A stretch of DNA of 64,000 bases from a virus (taxonomy: Duplodnaviria > Heunggongvirae > Uroviricota > Caudoviricetes). Positions 1 to 8,784 of the stretch are shown here, in pieces. Each line of letters opens with the position of its first letter. Within the stretch, counting starts at the first letter, position 1. The DNA lies in the IMG/VR virus record IMGVR_UViG_3300034102_002845; one strand, written 5' to 3'. The translations under genes were made by a program, and so were the position numbers. Below the pieces are notes generated by a model. That model saw nothing but the letters and a program-made list of their open reading frames with translations, ran no database searches and was not told the DNA's origin.

Positions 1-306
1 CCTGAAGTCTCGCCGGAGGGAATTGAAAATTCCGGGTACGCACCGAAGTCCTTAGACGCTGCTCTCTACCACTTTGGGTCAACTTCGTCCTTTAAAGAGG
101 CCATCCTGCAGGCTGTGAACTATGGGGACGACTCAGACACGGTTGCTGCGATTACGGGGCAGCTAGCGGGTGCTTACTACGGGTATAAGGCTATACCAAA
201 GCGGTGGATTTCAGGGTTGCACGACAGTGAAAGACTTTTGCTCATAGCAAGCACTTTGTACGACCTTTCGTTTGGGGCGGTTCCCCCCCCCTTGTTTCTA
301 CTCTGA
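1..306 (+). CDS. ADP-ribosylglycohydrolase family protein, C-terminal part (5' end lies outside the window)
   Basis: Frame 1 is open from position 1. The translation ...SGYAPKSLDAALYHFGSTSSFKEAILQAVNYGDDSDTVAAITGQLAGAYYG matches the conserved C-terminal GDTDT...AGA..G region of the ARH/DraG family. Confidence 0.55.
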   Translation, partial: PEVSPEGIENSGYAPKSLDAALYHFGSTSSFKEAILQAVNYGDDSDTVAAITGQLAGAYYGYKAIPKRWISGLHDSERLLLIASTLYDLSFGAVPPPLFLL

Positions 307-319
307 AATAACGTATAAT
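274..319 (+). promoter_or_regulatory. hairpin plus sigma70-like promoter cassette
   Basis: GGGGCGGttCCCCCCCC; -35 ttgttt 292-297; -10 tataat 314-319; ATG 348. Confidence 0.55.
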
Positions 320-347
320 ACCCTTACTTAAGCTCTCGAAACCGCAA

Positions 348-755
348 ATGCATTTCTACGCGATCACACGCCGCGACCTTGACCCTGCTCAGCAAGCTAT
401 TCAGGCGGCTCACGCACAAGTTGAGTTTGCGAGAGTACACCCTGATTCTTTAGCCCAAGACCACCCGCCTTTCGTATGGCTATCGGCTGAGAACAAGTGG
501 GAGCTTTTGCAACTCTCGTGTGTTCTTCGGAGTTACGGACTCTCGGTGGTAGAATTTCACGATCCGGACTACAAGGGGTTTGACCCCAGTGCCCTAGCGT
601 GCCTGGTCGACGAAGACCACCGCTATGTGCTCTCTGAGTTCCCTTTATGGGTTCCCCTCAGGGCTACGCCGGTTGGACACCAAGGGGAAACGGTAGCTTC
701 ACATTTTTTCTCACTAATGCGGGAAGGCCGCTTGGAGAACCACGCGGAGGGGTAA
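348..755 (+). CDS. peptidyl-tRNA hydrolase PTH2-like protein
   Basis: YAITRRDLDPAQQAIQAAHAQVEFA and VVEFHDPDYKGFDPSALACLV align with archaeal/eukaryotic Pth2 (VIVVRSDL..GKIAAQVAHA ; [21 protein letters not shown]). Cassette promoter at 274-319. Confidence 0.5.
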   Translation: MHFYAITRRDLDPAQQAIQAAHAQVEFARVHPDSLAQDHPPFVWLSAENKWELLQLSCVLRSYGLSVVEFHDPDYKGFDPSALACLVDEDHRYVLSEFPLWVPLRATPVGHQGETVASHFFSLMREGRLENHAEG

Positions 756-764
756 AGTACCTTA

Positions 765-1985
765 GTGCTTGCTTCGGTTGTACGAATGTACGGAGAAATT
801 TCCCCTGATACCCTGGCGTTTGTGCACGACTTTACCCGTTGTGTGAAACCGGACGGTGGGGTGTACGGTACGGCAGGACAATGTCGCAAGGGGGTGGAGT
901 CCGCAAAGGAAACTCGCAGCATTCGACGAGAGTCTGTGCTTAAGAGTGTAGAACTTTACCAAAAGAATGGCTCTGACGATCTAAACAAGAATCTAAAGAC
1001 TCTTGAGGGAATGCTCTTGTCAAAGCCGGGGTACCGCACACATCTCACTGAGAGTGCACTTACCGCCTTGCGGTATCTTCGCCTAAAGTCCCACTTGGAG
1101 AAGAAGGCAGAGCAGACACAACAAAAGGGAGCTCTTCAGAGTCAATACGAAGAATTAGGGAGAAACTCACCGAAGTACACGCAAACACCCGGATCGAGCA
1201 AACCTTTACCGAAAGCCACGGTTGAGAAAGAGGTTGAGCTTCTTGAAAAAGAACTTGAAGCACTGAAGAAAAGAGTCCGAGCAATAGGAGAGCCTACCGA
1301 CGACGTGTCAAGAGAGAAGCTTTTACACCTGCAAAAGGAAGGTATGGAGCTCGGTCGAACACTTTCGAGTGCTCGCAAGGGCACTCTGTTACCACCGATT
1401 CTCACGTCTGTGTACGAACGACAAGGTTTTCATGCTCGACCGGAAGTTGTTGCAACACGATCGGAACTAGAGTCAAGAAAGGATATAGCTAGGAACCCTG
1501 ACGGAAGGCCAATTGTAGCCTATCGCGGCGTAAGTTCAAATGAGTTTTCCTTGCAGTTCAAAGGTGGTGGTCCAGACGGAGACAAGCACTTTCCTGGTGG
1601 CGGGATTTACGGGAGTGGGAGTTACTCTGCTTCTTCACCTTCATCTGGCAAGGTTAAACATGATAAGTGGGCCCAAGAGACAGCGAAAGACTATACAGGT
1701 GACTGGAGAAACGCCACAACCATGGTTTCAGCTTTTGCATTTCGGTCCGACGCACGACTCGTTCAGTTTGAGGGGGAGGGGAAGCAGTTTAAGCAGTGGG
1801 AAGAAGAAACATTGAAAAAGGCAAGAGAGATAACAGGGTATGACCATCACGATGTTGGATCCGCCGCTGCATCACTCGGGATACATGCGTACAGAGTTCC
1901 TCAAACAGACGGCCAAGACTTCTGGGTTGTTCTCAACCGTGGAGCAATCATCGTAGCGAACGACCCTGAATTAACACCGGACTAA
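765..1985 (+). CDS. hypothetical protein, coiled-coil N-terminus, C-terminal region with R-S-E ADP-ribosyltransferase-like motif order
   Basis: AYRG ... GSYSASS ... QFEGEG in the spacing expected for the cholera-toxin/T4 Alt-type ART fold. Weak, motif-level only. Confidence 0.3.
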   Translation: MLASVVRMYGEISPDTLAFVHDFTRCVKPDGGVYGTAGQCRKGVESAKETRSIRRESVLKSVELYQKNGSDDLNKNLKTLEGMLLSKPGYRTHLTESALTALRYLRLKSHLEKKAEQTQQKGALQSQYEELGRNSPKYTQTPGSSKPLPKATVEKEVELLEKELEALKKRVRAIGEPTDDVSREKLLHLQKEGMELGRTLSSARKGTLLPPILTSVYERQGFHARPEVVATRSELESRKDIARNPDGRPIVAYRGVSSNEFSLQFKGGGPDGDKHFPGGGIYGSGSYSASSPSSGKVKHDKWAQETAKDYTGDWRNATTMVSAFAFRSDARLVQFEGEGKQFKQWEEETLKKAREITGYDHHDVGSAAASLGIHAYRVPQTDGQDFWVVLNRGAIIVANDPELTPD

Positions 1986-2530
1986 AATGAACCTTAACGA
2001 CCCTACAACCAGCCGCACTCTCGCGGCACTTATACAGAACATTGCAGCGGATTCCCGTGAGCAGTTTCGACAGGATGCTGCCCAGACCCCAGACATGAAA
2101 ACCTTTCTGAAAGGGTTAAACCGGTACAAAACCACTCTGTGAAAATCTCTCGCAGTGAGATCGCTTACGGCGAAGCAATGAAAAAGCTTTTCACAGCCCA
2201 GTGGAACATTCCTCAAGCAGCCGCTGCACTCGGAAAGCCAGCGAGAGAAGAAAGCTGGTAAGAAACGAAAGAATTATTCCGTGAATATTGCGTGGAACAC
2301 ATACCTATCGCCTTCAACGCCGGGTAGTTTACCAACTCGAGAAAGGACTATACTGTGAAAGTCCTGAGACGTAAATACGTCGCCCATTATGAGTGAGTTC
2401 CTTGTCTTCACAGACAAGGTAGGACTCGGAGCCTAACATTGCGCTCTTAAATAAAATGTGCCGTGGGAAAATGCACCTTGAAACAGGTGAGTGACCGTTT
2501 CCTATACGGATGCCGAATTCTCTTTAGTAA

Positions 2531-3169
2531 ATGCTCAACCTCACTACATTTGTGGCCGTTTCCCTCGTTGGAACTGCTGCAACCCCTTTCAGCAACACCG
2601 TTGCCGCTAGGGACATTGCCCCAGAAACAACTTTCGAATCGCGCTTCATTTGCACAGGCTGCGGTCCAATCAATTCTCTGCCGACTCTCGCTTACAAACT
2701 CACCCCTGAGCGTAGAGCTCTACTAAACACCATTCGCTTCGCCGAGGGAACCTGGAAAGAAGGCCATAATGACGGCTACCGAGTTGTATTCGGGGGTGGA
2801 ATGGTATCCACGCTAGACCGACACCCTAACCAAGTACGCTACTCGCCGCGTTATGCTAGCGCAGCAGCGGGGGCCTACCAGTTTCTGCCAAGTACTTGGT
2901 ATGAGGCAGCCCGAAAGCTCAACCTGAGCGATTTCGGTCCCACTAACCAGGATCAGGCTGCCTTGTACTTAATCGAGCGACGCGACGCTTTGCACATCGC
3001 TGACTCTGGGAAGATTACCCCAACTCTACTCGCAAGACTCGCACCAGAATGGGCTTCCCTTCCAACTTACAATGGAAGCAGCTACTACGGTCAGCCGGTT
3101 AAAACCTACGACAACCTTCGCCTCTTCTATGAGAACAACTTGGCGTTGTTGCGCCAGGAGGAAGGTTGA
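2531..3169 (+). CDS. lambda R-like lytic transglycosylase (endolysin, GH104-like) with N-terminal signal/anchor
   Basis: IRFAEGT, GYRVVFGG, DRHP, AAGAYQFLPSTWYEAARKLNLSDFGPTNQDQAALYLIERRDAL and EWASLP align closely with phage lambda R. Hydrophobic N-terminus. Confidence 0.8.
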   Translation: MLNLTTFVAVSLVGTAATPFSNTVAARDIAPETTFESRFICTGCGPINSLPTLAYKLTPERRALLNTIRFAEGTWKEGHNDGYRVVFGGGMVSTLDRHPNQVRYSPRYASAAAGAYQFLPSTWYEAARKLNLSDFGPTNQDQAALYLIERRDALHIADSGKITPTLLARLAPEWASLPTYNGSSYYGQPVKTYDNLRLFYENNLALLRQEEG

Positions 3170-3678
3170 TGGGCGGTTTCCCGAACTTTACCTTGGGCCT
3201 TTCACGAGCTAAACTTGGGTCCAGCCTGAAACGGCTTCAGCTAGGTATACCTTCGCTGGGCCAACGGGCACTGAGCCGTGGTTGCGTAATGCAACGAACA
3301 CGGATGTTGAACTCTACTTTTTTCATGCGTCTTACAAGACTCGCTTCATTCTTTCTCGCCGCCGGACTTCTCTCCGGAGCACCCGCTCAAGCCAAGCAGT
3401 GCGGTCAAGCCAGCTGGTACGGTCCAGGCCTCTACGGAAATAAAACTGCCAACGGGGAGACTTTCCGACCCGGAACCATGACCGCTGCTCACCCGTACCT
3501 CCCCCTCGGGTCTTGGGTGCGAGTTGTCAATCGCGACAACGGTCTTATTGCCGACGTTCGCATTAACGACCGAGGACCCTATGTCGGTGGACGAATCATC
3601 GACCTGGGGCACGGATCTGCTCAGCGTCTTCGAGTAACTGAGAGTGGACTCGCTAACGTTTGCATCACTCGCATTTAA
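3166..3678 (+). CDS. RlpA-like double-psi beta-barrel (DPBB) protein with signal peptide (true start probably near 3325)
   Basis: CGQASWYGPGLYGNKTANGETF...GSWVRVVN...DRGPY is the RlpA/DPBB signature. Signal peptide MRLTRLASFFLAAGLLSGAPAQA. Confidence 0.55.
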   Translation: MMGGFPNFTLGLSRAKLGSSLKRLQLGIPSLGQRALSRGCVMQRTRMLNSTFFMRLTRLASFFLAAGLLSGAPAQAKQCGQASWYGPGLYGNKTANGETFRPGTMTAAHPYLPLGSWVRVVNRDNGLIADVRINDRGPYVGGRIIDLGHGSAQRLRVTESGLANVCITRI

Positions 3679-3731
3679 CCCCGTAGGGTGGTAACTTCGG
3701 TTGTCACCCTTTCCCATAGCTGTCCTGCCTA

Positions 3732-3998
3732 ATGATTTTCTACGACTCAACCCACGCCCAACGATTTGGGACTCAATTGTGCGAAGCACGGCTTTCTCAG
3801 GGATGGTCCAAGCAGGACATTGCGTTTGCCGCACAAATACCCGTAGAACTTCTTCGAAAGATTGAGCGAGGCTCCGAGGTAGACGTGGGGTTTGTGGCAG
3901 ATGTTGCAAGAGTGCTCGGGATTGTATTCACAATACTGCCTACCCGTGCAACACCGTTTTTCACCATCGAATGTAATTCTCTTGAGGTTAGTCCATGA
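3732..3998 (+). CDS. XRE-family helix-turn-helix transcriptional regulator
   Basis: RLSQGWSKQDIAFAAQIPVELLRKIERG is a Cro/C1-type HTH. Confidence 0.55.
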   Translation: MIFYDSTHAQRFGTQLCEARLSQGWSKQDIAFAAQIPVELLRKIERGSEVDVGFVADVARVLGIVFTILPTRATPFFTIECNSLEVSP

Positions 3999-4240
3999 AA
4001 ATGCAACAGCTTAAGCCGAAAGAACCTGACGGCTTCACTCTCATAGAACTCGTAATTTGCGTCGCTATTACTGTCATACTCCTCTCTGTTTCATCGAGTT
4101 TACTATTCGGTAAAAGTCCGTACAGAATGAGTGACTGTGTTCGATCTGGGGGAAACTGGACCGAAGGCACGGAGAACGGCAGCCCTGTCGCCCTTTGTAC
4201 TTATGGCCCTGGCCATGGCTCCACAAGTCCTGAGAACTAA
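3995..4240 (+). CDS. prepilin-type (type IV pilin-like / pseudopilin) protein
   Basis: KPKEPDGFTLIELVICVAITVILLSV is a class III signal peptide with the G|FTLIEL cleavage/methylation motif. Confidence 0.45.
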   Translation: MKMQQLKPKEPDGFTLIELVICVAITVILLSVSSSLLFGKSPYRMSDCVRSGGNWTEGTENGSPVALCTYGPGHGSTSPEN

Positions 4241-4362
4241 CGCAACCACCGTAGTTGTAACTCTAAGAGGGTTAGCAAAGTTTTGCAAAGGTTCGCACCC
4301 TTACAACTACTTTCCGGGATATGTAACCCGGTTCTGTACAGAAAACACACACAAAAACAAAC

Positions 4363-4998
4363 ATGACTTTTAAACTTATTGCCGCGTTAGCAGTTGCTTC
4401 CTTCCTGTCAACTCCGGTAGTGGCGTCCGAGGTTGGAAACTACGTCGGAGTTGGAGTGAATCTTAACCGCCAAGGAGTTGACGGTACCGAGTACACTTCG
4501 AACCGCACCGTCGCTGGAGTTTCGGTTCAGTCTCGGTTCCGTCTGAGCGAGCCATCCAATGTATCCACCTCTGTTCGCCCTTTCTTTAACTTTGCGGCTG
4601 GCCCCGACAGCCAAATTGGCTCTGCCGCTGGTGTCCTTGGCACCGTTGACTTTTCTCTTTCCGGTCGCATTGCTCCGATTGAAGAGGCGGTTGGGGTGAC
4701 AGGGGCAACAGGGGCAACAGGGCCAACGGGTCCAGTCGGTGAAGCCGGAACATACGTGAGTGACACGAACCTTTACGTTGGTATAGGTGGTCAATGGGCG
4801 TTGACGAACGACGGACAAGCCAACTACCAGACAAGTGTCGGACAAGGATCCCAGTTCCTCTTCGTTGCTGGTGTTGAGCGTTCTTTCTCACCTTCCCTCG
4901 TCGGGTTCGCTGATGTGAAATTCCCAACCCAGACGAATGGTATTTCCGGAACGGCTTACGCCCCTGTCGGCACTGTTGGGCTCGGGTTTAAGTTCTGA
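4363..4998 (+). CDS. secreted protein, possible outer-membrane beta-barrel
   Basis: Signal peptide MTFKLIAALAVASFLSTPVVAS. Alternating hydrophobic pattern, C-terminal ...GLGFKF (terminal Phe), short GATGATGPTGPVG stretch. A hairpin terminator follows. Confidence 0.35.
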   Translation: MTFKLIAALAVASFLSTPVVASEVGNYVGVGVNLNRQGVDGTEYTSNRTVAGVSVQSRFRLSEPSNVSTSVRPFFNFAAGPDSQIGSAAGVLGTVDFSLSGRIAPIEEAVGVTGATGATGPTGPVGEAGTYVSDTNLYVGIGGQWALTNDGQANYQTSVGQGSQFLFVAGVERSFSPSLVGFADVKFPTQTNGISGTAYAPVGTVGLGFKF

Positions 4999-5014
4999 TT
5001 ACCGTTAGAAGAAC

Positions 5015-5040
5015 GGGGGTGAACCCCCCCTCTTTACTTT
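5015..5040 (+). terminator. intrinsic terminator hairpin
   Basis: GGGGGtgaaCCCCCCC followed by TCTTTACTTT immediately after the stop of 4363..4998. Confidence 0.5.
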
Positions 5041-5186
5041 AAATTACTTAGGCTGTTTCTGATAAGTGAAGCACTAGGGCGCACAAACAAATAGATGAGT
5101 TTTGAGGGGGCAGCAAAGGAACCTCCAGTAGCTTCCCTTTAATTAAACATACCGTTGGTCAAGGAGCCGGTTAACCGTACCGCCAA

Positions 5187-5230
5187 GGGCGGTTTCCCGG
5201 CTTGTTTCTACGGAGAAGAAACGGTATACT
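5187..5230 (+). promoter_or_regulatory. hairpin plus promoter cassette
   Basis: GGGCGGtttCCCGGC; -35 ttgttt 5202-5207; 17-bp spacer; -10 tatact 5225-5230; ATG 5237. Confidence 0.55.
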
Positions 5231-5236
5231 TAGTTT

Positions 5237-5557
5237 ATGGAAAACACCCCGCTGAAAGCTTTCAGAAACTACCTTGCCGGAGCAAACCCAATGACACCCC
5301 TTAGAGACAGAATTAACGCACTGACCAAGCAAAACCTCCAACAACTAATCGAAGACTACGAGCAGTTTGAGAGAGACGGGGCGATTGGAGACTGCTACCT
5401 TCGTTCAACTGCGAAAGAATTTGCAGAGTCTCTCGGGATACAGGTATCCGGCGTGTTGTGGATGAATAGGATCGCCTTCGAGGCATATCGTGAGCTTTTC
5501 TATCGAGTACTGCAGGACTTACCGTACGAGTGCAGCGGAAGTGGGTATACGGTCTAG
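5237..5557 (+). CDS. hypothetical protein
   Basis: ORF begins 7 nt after the cassette -10 box (5225-5230). The N-terminus MENTP is echoed at 35980 and 46357. Confidence 0.35.
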   Translation: MENTPLKAFRNYLAGANPMTPLRDRINALTKQNLQQLIEDYEQFERDGAIGDCYLRSTAKEFAESLGIQVSGVLWMNRIAFEAYRELFYRVLQDLPYECSGSGYTV

Positions 5558-5640
5558 TTTCACCCCCCGTACGCGGCGGGAAACCGTCCTTTACCCTCGC
5601 ACCCAAACAAGCTATAGTAAGCTCACACCGTAAAACAACA

Positions 5641-6582
5641 ATGCACGTGACCAAAACTAAAGAGTATCAGAAAACAGAGCCGATCGAGGTTTACTTGAAT
5701 CGTGACGGTCAAAACCTGTACAAGATTTCAAAGACCTCCTTTACGTTTAGTGCCGGTGAAAGGCAGGTCCGGTTGCATGACACTCCCACGAGTTCGACGG
5801 ACATTATCGTAGACGCAGACATACACAGCGGAGAAAGTTTCGCCGAACTTCTTCTGACTCTGTCGGCCATCAAAGACCTTCCTGTGCTGCGAAGTCTACA
5901 ATTGAACATCCCGTACTTACCTTATAGCCGCCAAGACCGCCAGTGTGCTGAAGGGGAAGCGTTTTCGCTAAGAACTTTTGTAAAAGCTCTCGCACCCTAC
6001 CTTGACGGGGTAGGCGATAGGGTGTACACATGGGACGTGCACAGCCACGTTGCAAATGAGCTCTTTCGAACCGAAATCGGCTGCGAGTTCAACAACCTAC
6101 AACCCCAACTGTTTCTCCAGAAGTTCAAAGACCGGGGGGAAGAGTTTAGTGCTAAGACAATTGTGATTGCTCCGGACAAAGGTGCAGTCGAAAGAGCAAC
6201 CCTCGTTCAACAAGCACTGGGACTCCACTCTGTAGTGTACGCTACGAAAGTTCGCAACCCCGAAGACGGGCAAATCCTAAGGACGGAAGTTCCAGAAGAC
6301 GTCAGTTACAAGGGCAAAAACCTTCTGATTGTGGACGACATCTGCGACGGTGGTCGCACCTTTATCGAACTCGCCAAGGTTCTGCGTCAGTTCGATCCGT
6401 CTCGAATTGACCTCTATGTAACTCACGGAATTTTCTCCAAGGGTTTTAAAGTGTTTGGGGGCTTAATCGACAACTTTCACGTTGCTAACTTGCTCCCTTA
6501 TAAAAACTTTTACCAAGAGTTACCCTCGAGCTTGACCTACCTTCGCACCGAAAACTACCCCACCCCCCGCAACCAACCATGA
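5641..6582 (+). CDS. ribose-phosphate pyrophosphokinase (Prs)-like enzyme; candidate ADPR pyrophosphokinase (Adps-type)
   Basis: NIPYLPYSRQDR (Prs PYxxYxRQDR motif) and KNLLIVDDICDGGRTF (type I PRTase PRPP-binding loop). A TATAGT box lies at 5613-5618. The stop overlaps the start of the NAMPT-like gene. Confidence 0.65.
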   Translation: MHVTKTKEYQKTEPIEVYLNRDGQNLYKISKTSFTFSAGERQVRLHDTPTSSTDIIVDADIHSGESFAELLLTLSAIKDLPVLRSLQLNIPYLPYSRQDRQCAEGEAFSLRTFVKALAPYLDGVGDRVYTWDVHSHVANELFRTEIGCEFNNLQPQLFLQKFKDRGEEFSAKTIVIAPDKGAVERATLVQQALGLHSVVYATKVRNPEDGQILRTEVPEDVSYKGKNLLIVDDICDGGRTFIELAKVLRQFDPSRIDLYVTHGIFSKGFKVFGGLIDNFHVANLLPYKNFYQELPSSLTYLRTENYPTPRNQP

Positions 6583-8093
6583 AAATTTTTGCGCCCCACG
6601 CAACCGACTTTTACAAGACAGGACACCCTTCGCAAAACCCAGACGGCACCGAGGTAATCTACGCCAATATGACGGCAAGATCCGACAGGTTGGCGAACAT
6701 GCCCGCTGACTTCGATCACAAGATCGTCGTGGCGAACGTCCAAGGGACAATGAAGTGGATGCTTAGGGACCTTTGGAATGAGACCTTCTTCCAGCAACCC
6801 AAGGCCAAAGTGTTAGACAAGTACGAACGGCGAATGGACTCCTCGCTCGGAGAAGGTGTTGTCGGCACGGACCACATTGCTGAGCTTCACGACCTGGGCT
6901 ACATGCCGCTACACGTAAAGGCTCTGCCTGAGGGTAGCCGGGTTAACATTGGAGTGCCGTTTCTGACGGCGCAAAACACTCACAATGAGTTTAAGTGGCT
7001 GGCCCCGTGGCTAACCAACTATGTCGAAACAGCCAAGTCGTCGGAACTTTGGAAGGCCATCAATGTGGCAACCATCGCTTACGAGTTTCGCCGTCTTCTC
7101 GACCACTACGCTGAAGTCACAGGGAGTGACCCGCAGTTTGTTGACTTTCAGGGGCACGACTTCTCCGCTCGCGGAGTCGGAGGCATTCACGATGCCGCTG
7201 CGCACCAAATCGGCCACCTTTTTTCCTTCAAGGGCACGGACACAATCCTTTCCATTGACTACTTGGAAGATTACTACGAATGCGGTTCCGAGTTTATTGG
7301 GGGGAGTGTTCCCGCCACAGAACACAGTGTAACTTGCCTCGGAGGCCGGGAAAACGAAGTCGAGACAATTCGCCGGATTATCTCGAAAGTTTACCCCTCG
7401 GGGGTTATTAGTGTAGTCAGTGACACGTGGAATTACTGGGACACTCTCACAGTTACTGCTCCCAAACTGAAAGAAGATATTCTGAGCCGTAAGCCAAACG
7501 GGCTAGGGCTGGCCAAGGTCGTCTTCCGTCCCGACAGTGGTGACCCTGAGAAAATCATCTGCGGTGACGCTGACGCTGATCCAGGTAGCCGAGAGTACAA
7601 AGGCTCGCTTGAGCTTTTATGGGAGGTCTTCGGAGGAACGGTAAACGAGAAGGGTTTCAAGGTACTGAACCCTCGAGTTGGCTTAATTTACGGCGACTCG
7701 ATCACTCTTCCACGTGCCAGGGCCATCCTAGAGCACATGAGGCAGCTTGGGTGGGCGTCCGAAAACATTGTGTTTGGTATCGGTTCTTACACCTATCAAT
7801 ACCATACACGGGACACTTTCGGTATCGCATACAAAACGACCTGGGGGCAAATTAACGGTGTCGCCGTTGAAACTATGAAGGACCCTATTACAGACAGCGG
7901 CACGAAAAAGTCGGCGTTGGGTCTACTGCGAGTTGAAAGGGATGGGGAGAACTTTGTCCTTCATCAACAGCAGACTCGTGAGCAAGAGCAGCAAGGTGAG
8001 CTTCGCACCGTGTTCTTAAATAGCGTGGTCTACGGGGAGGACGTAAACTCACTGCCTAACATTCGTACTCGACTTCTCTACCCTGCGGCCTAG
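6579..8093 (+). CDS. nicotinamide phosphoribosyltransferase (NAMPT/NadV)-like enzyme; candidate Namat
   Basis: About 500 aa with FQGHDFSARGV and GTDTILSIDYLEDYY-type NAPRTase-family blocks. Translationally coupled to the upstream Prs-like gene (ATGA overlap). Confidence 0.65.
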   Translation: MKIFAPHATDFYKTGHPSQNPDGTEVIYANMTARSDRLANMPADFDHKIVVANVQGTMKWMLRDLWNETFFQQPKAKVLDKYERRMDSSLGEGVVGTDHIAELHDLGYMPLHVKALPEGSRVNIGVPFLTAQNTHNEFKWLAPWLTNYVETAKSSELWKAINVATIAYEFRRLLDHYAEVTGSDPQFVDFQGHDFSARGVGGIHDAAAHQIGHLFSFKGTDTILSIDYLEDYYECGSEFIGGSVPATEHSVTCLGGRENEVETIRRIISKVYPSGVISVVSDTWNYWDTLTVTAPKLKEDILSRKPNGLGLAKVVFRPDSGDPEKIICGDADADPGSREYKGSLELLWEVFGGTVNEKGFKVLNPRVGLIYGDSITLPRARAILEHMRQLGWASENIVFGIGSYTYQYHTRDTFGIAYKTTWGQINGVAVETMKDPITDSGTKKSALGLLRVERDGENFVLHQQQTREQEQQGELRTVFLNSVVYGEDVNSLPNIRTRLLYPAA

Positions 8094-8193
8094 GCTTGGT
8101 ACAAGGGGGGTTTACACCCCCTGTTCCGGGGTATAATTCTGAAAGAACTAACGTTCCCTCGTGCGATGGGGAAACACCTAAATCACAAAGGTC

Positions 8194-8784
8194 ATGGACT
8201 ACAAGACAATCGCATACAAGAAAACCATTCTGGTTTTAAATGCCACGTACGAACCCTTGAACCAGACCTCGTGGCGAAGGGCTAGAGTGCTTGTATTGAA
8301 GGACAAGGCCCATGTCGTGTCCAGCCGCACCATTCGCCTAAAAACATACGTCAAGGTTCCTCAAGCCAAGATGGCAGCGGCGAAGCCATCTCGCACCTTG
8401 ATTCTAAAACGGGACAATCACACCTGCCAGTATTGCGAGTACTCCGGTCCGAAACTAACACTGGATCACGTTTTACCAAAGTCAAGAGGTGGTCAAGACA
8501 CGTGGCAGAACCTGGTTACCAGCTGCCTTGAGTGCAACAACTGCAAGGACAATCGCACTCCGGAAGAGTGGGCGGTTGCCCTGAAGAAGGTGTTTGCGAA
8601 GGAAACCACGAACGTTTCTTCGCTGCCTTTCAGCTGGGATAGCTTTCAGATTGGGATGATGGAAACCCGAGTTACTCGACGTGGTACCACTCTCGCCTCA
8701 AAGCCGAAGGCACCTTACAGCAAAATGTCCGTTACAATCAGCACGGCGGAAGTTGAAGAGTGGCGTGAGTACGTCTATGTCTGA
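8194..8784 (+). CDS. HNH endonuclease
   Basis: CQYCEYSGPKLTLDHVLPKSRGGQDTWQNLVTSCLECNNCK is a canonical HNH motif with a zinc-binding Cys pair. Confidence 0.8.
   Translation: MDYKTIAYKKTILVLNATYEPLNQTSWRRARVLVLKDKAHVVSSRTIRLKTYVKVPQAKMAAAKPSRTLILKRDNHTCQYCEYSGPKLTLDHVLPKSRGGQDTWQNLVTSCLECNNCKDNRTPEEWAVALKKVFAKETTNVSSLPFSWDSFQIGMMETRVTRRGTTLASKPKAPYSKMSVTISTAEVEEWREYVYV

Noticed and set aside
3346-3909. 187-aa minus-strand ORF, and similar long minus-strand ORFs (e.g. 21254-21805, 26113-26547, 20248-20712)
   Set aside because: Each lies antisense to a + strand gene with clear homology (RlpA-like, paralog family, RNA ligase, TyrRS). No cassette promoter occurs in minus orientation. Their products are low-complexity (Ser/Arg/Pro-rich), typical of shadow ORFs.
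4131-4373. 80-aa + strand ORF overlapping the pilin-like gene and the upstream region of 4363
   Set aside because: It overlaps the better-supported prepilin ORF in another frame. It has no cassette promoter and no recognisable motif.
4681-4745. GATGATGPTGPVGEAG stretch as a collagen-like repeat domain
   Set aside because: It has only about five G-x-x triplets, embedded in a signal-peptide-bearing protein with beta-barrel character. That is too short to call a collagen-like domain.
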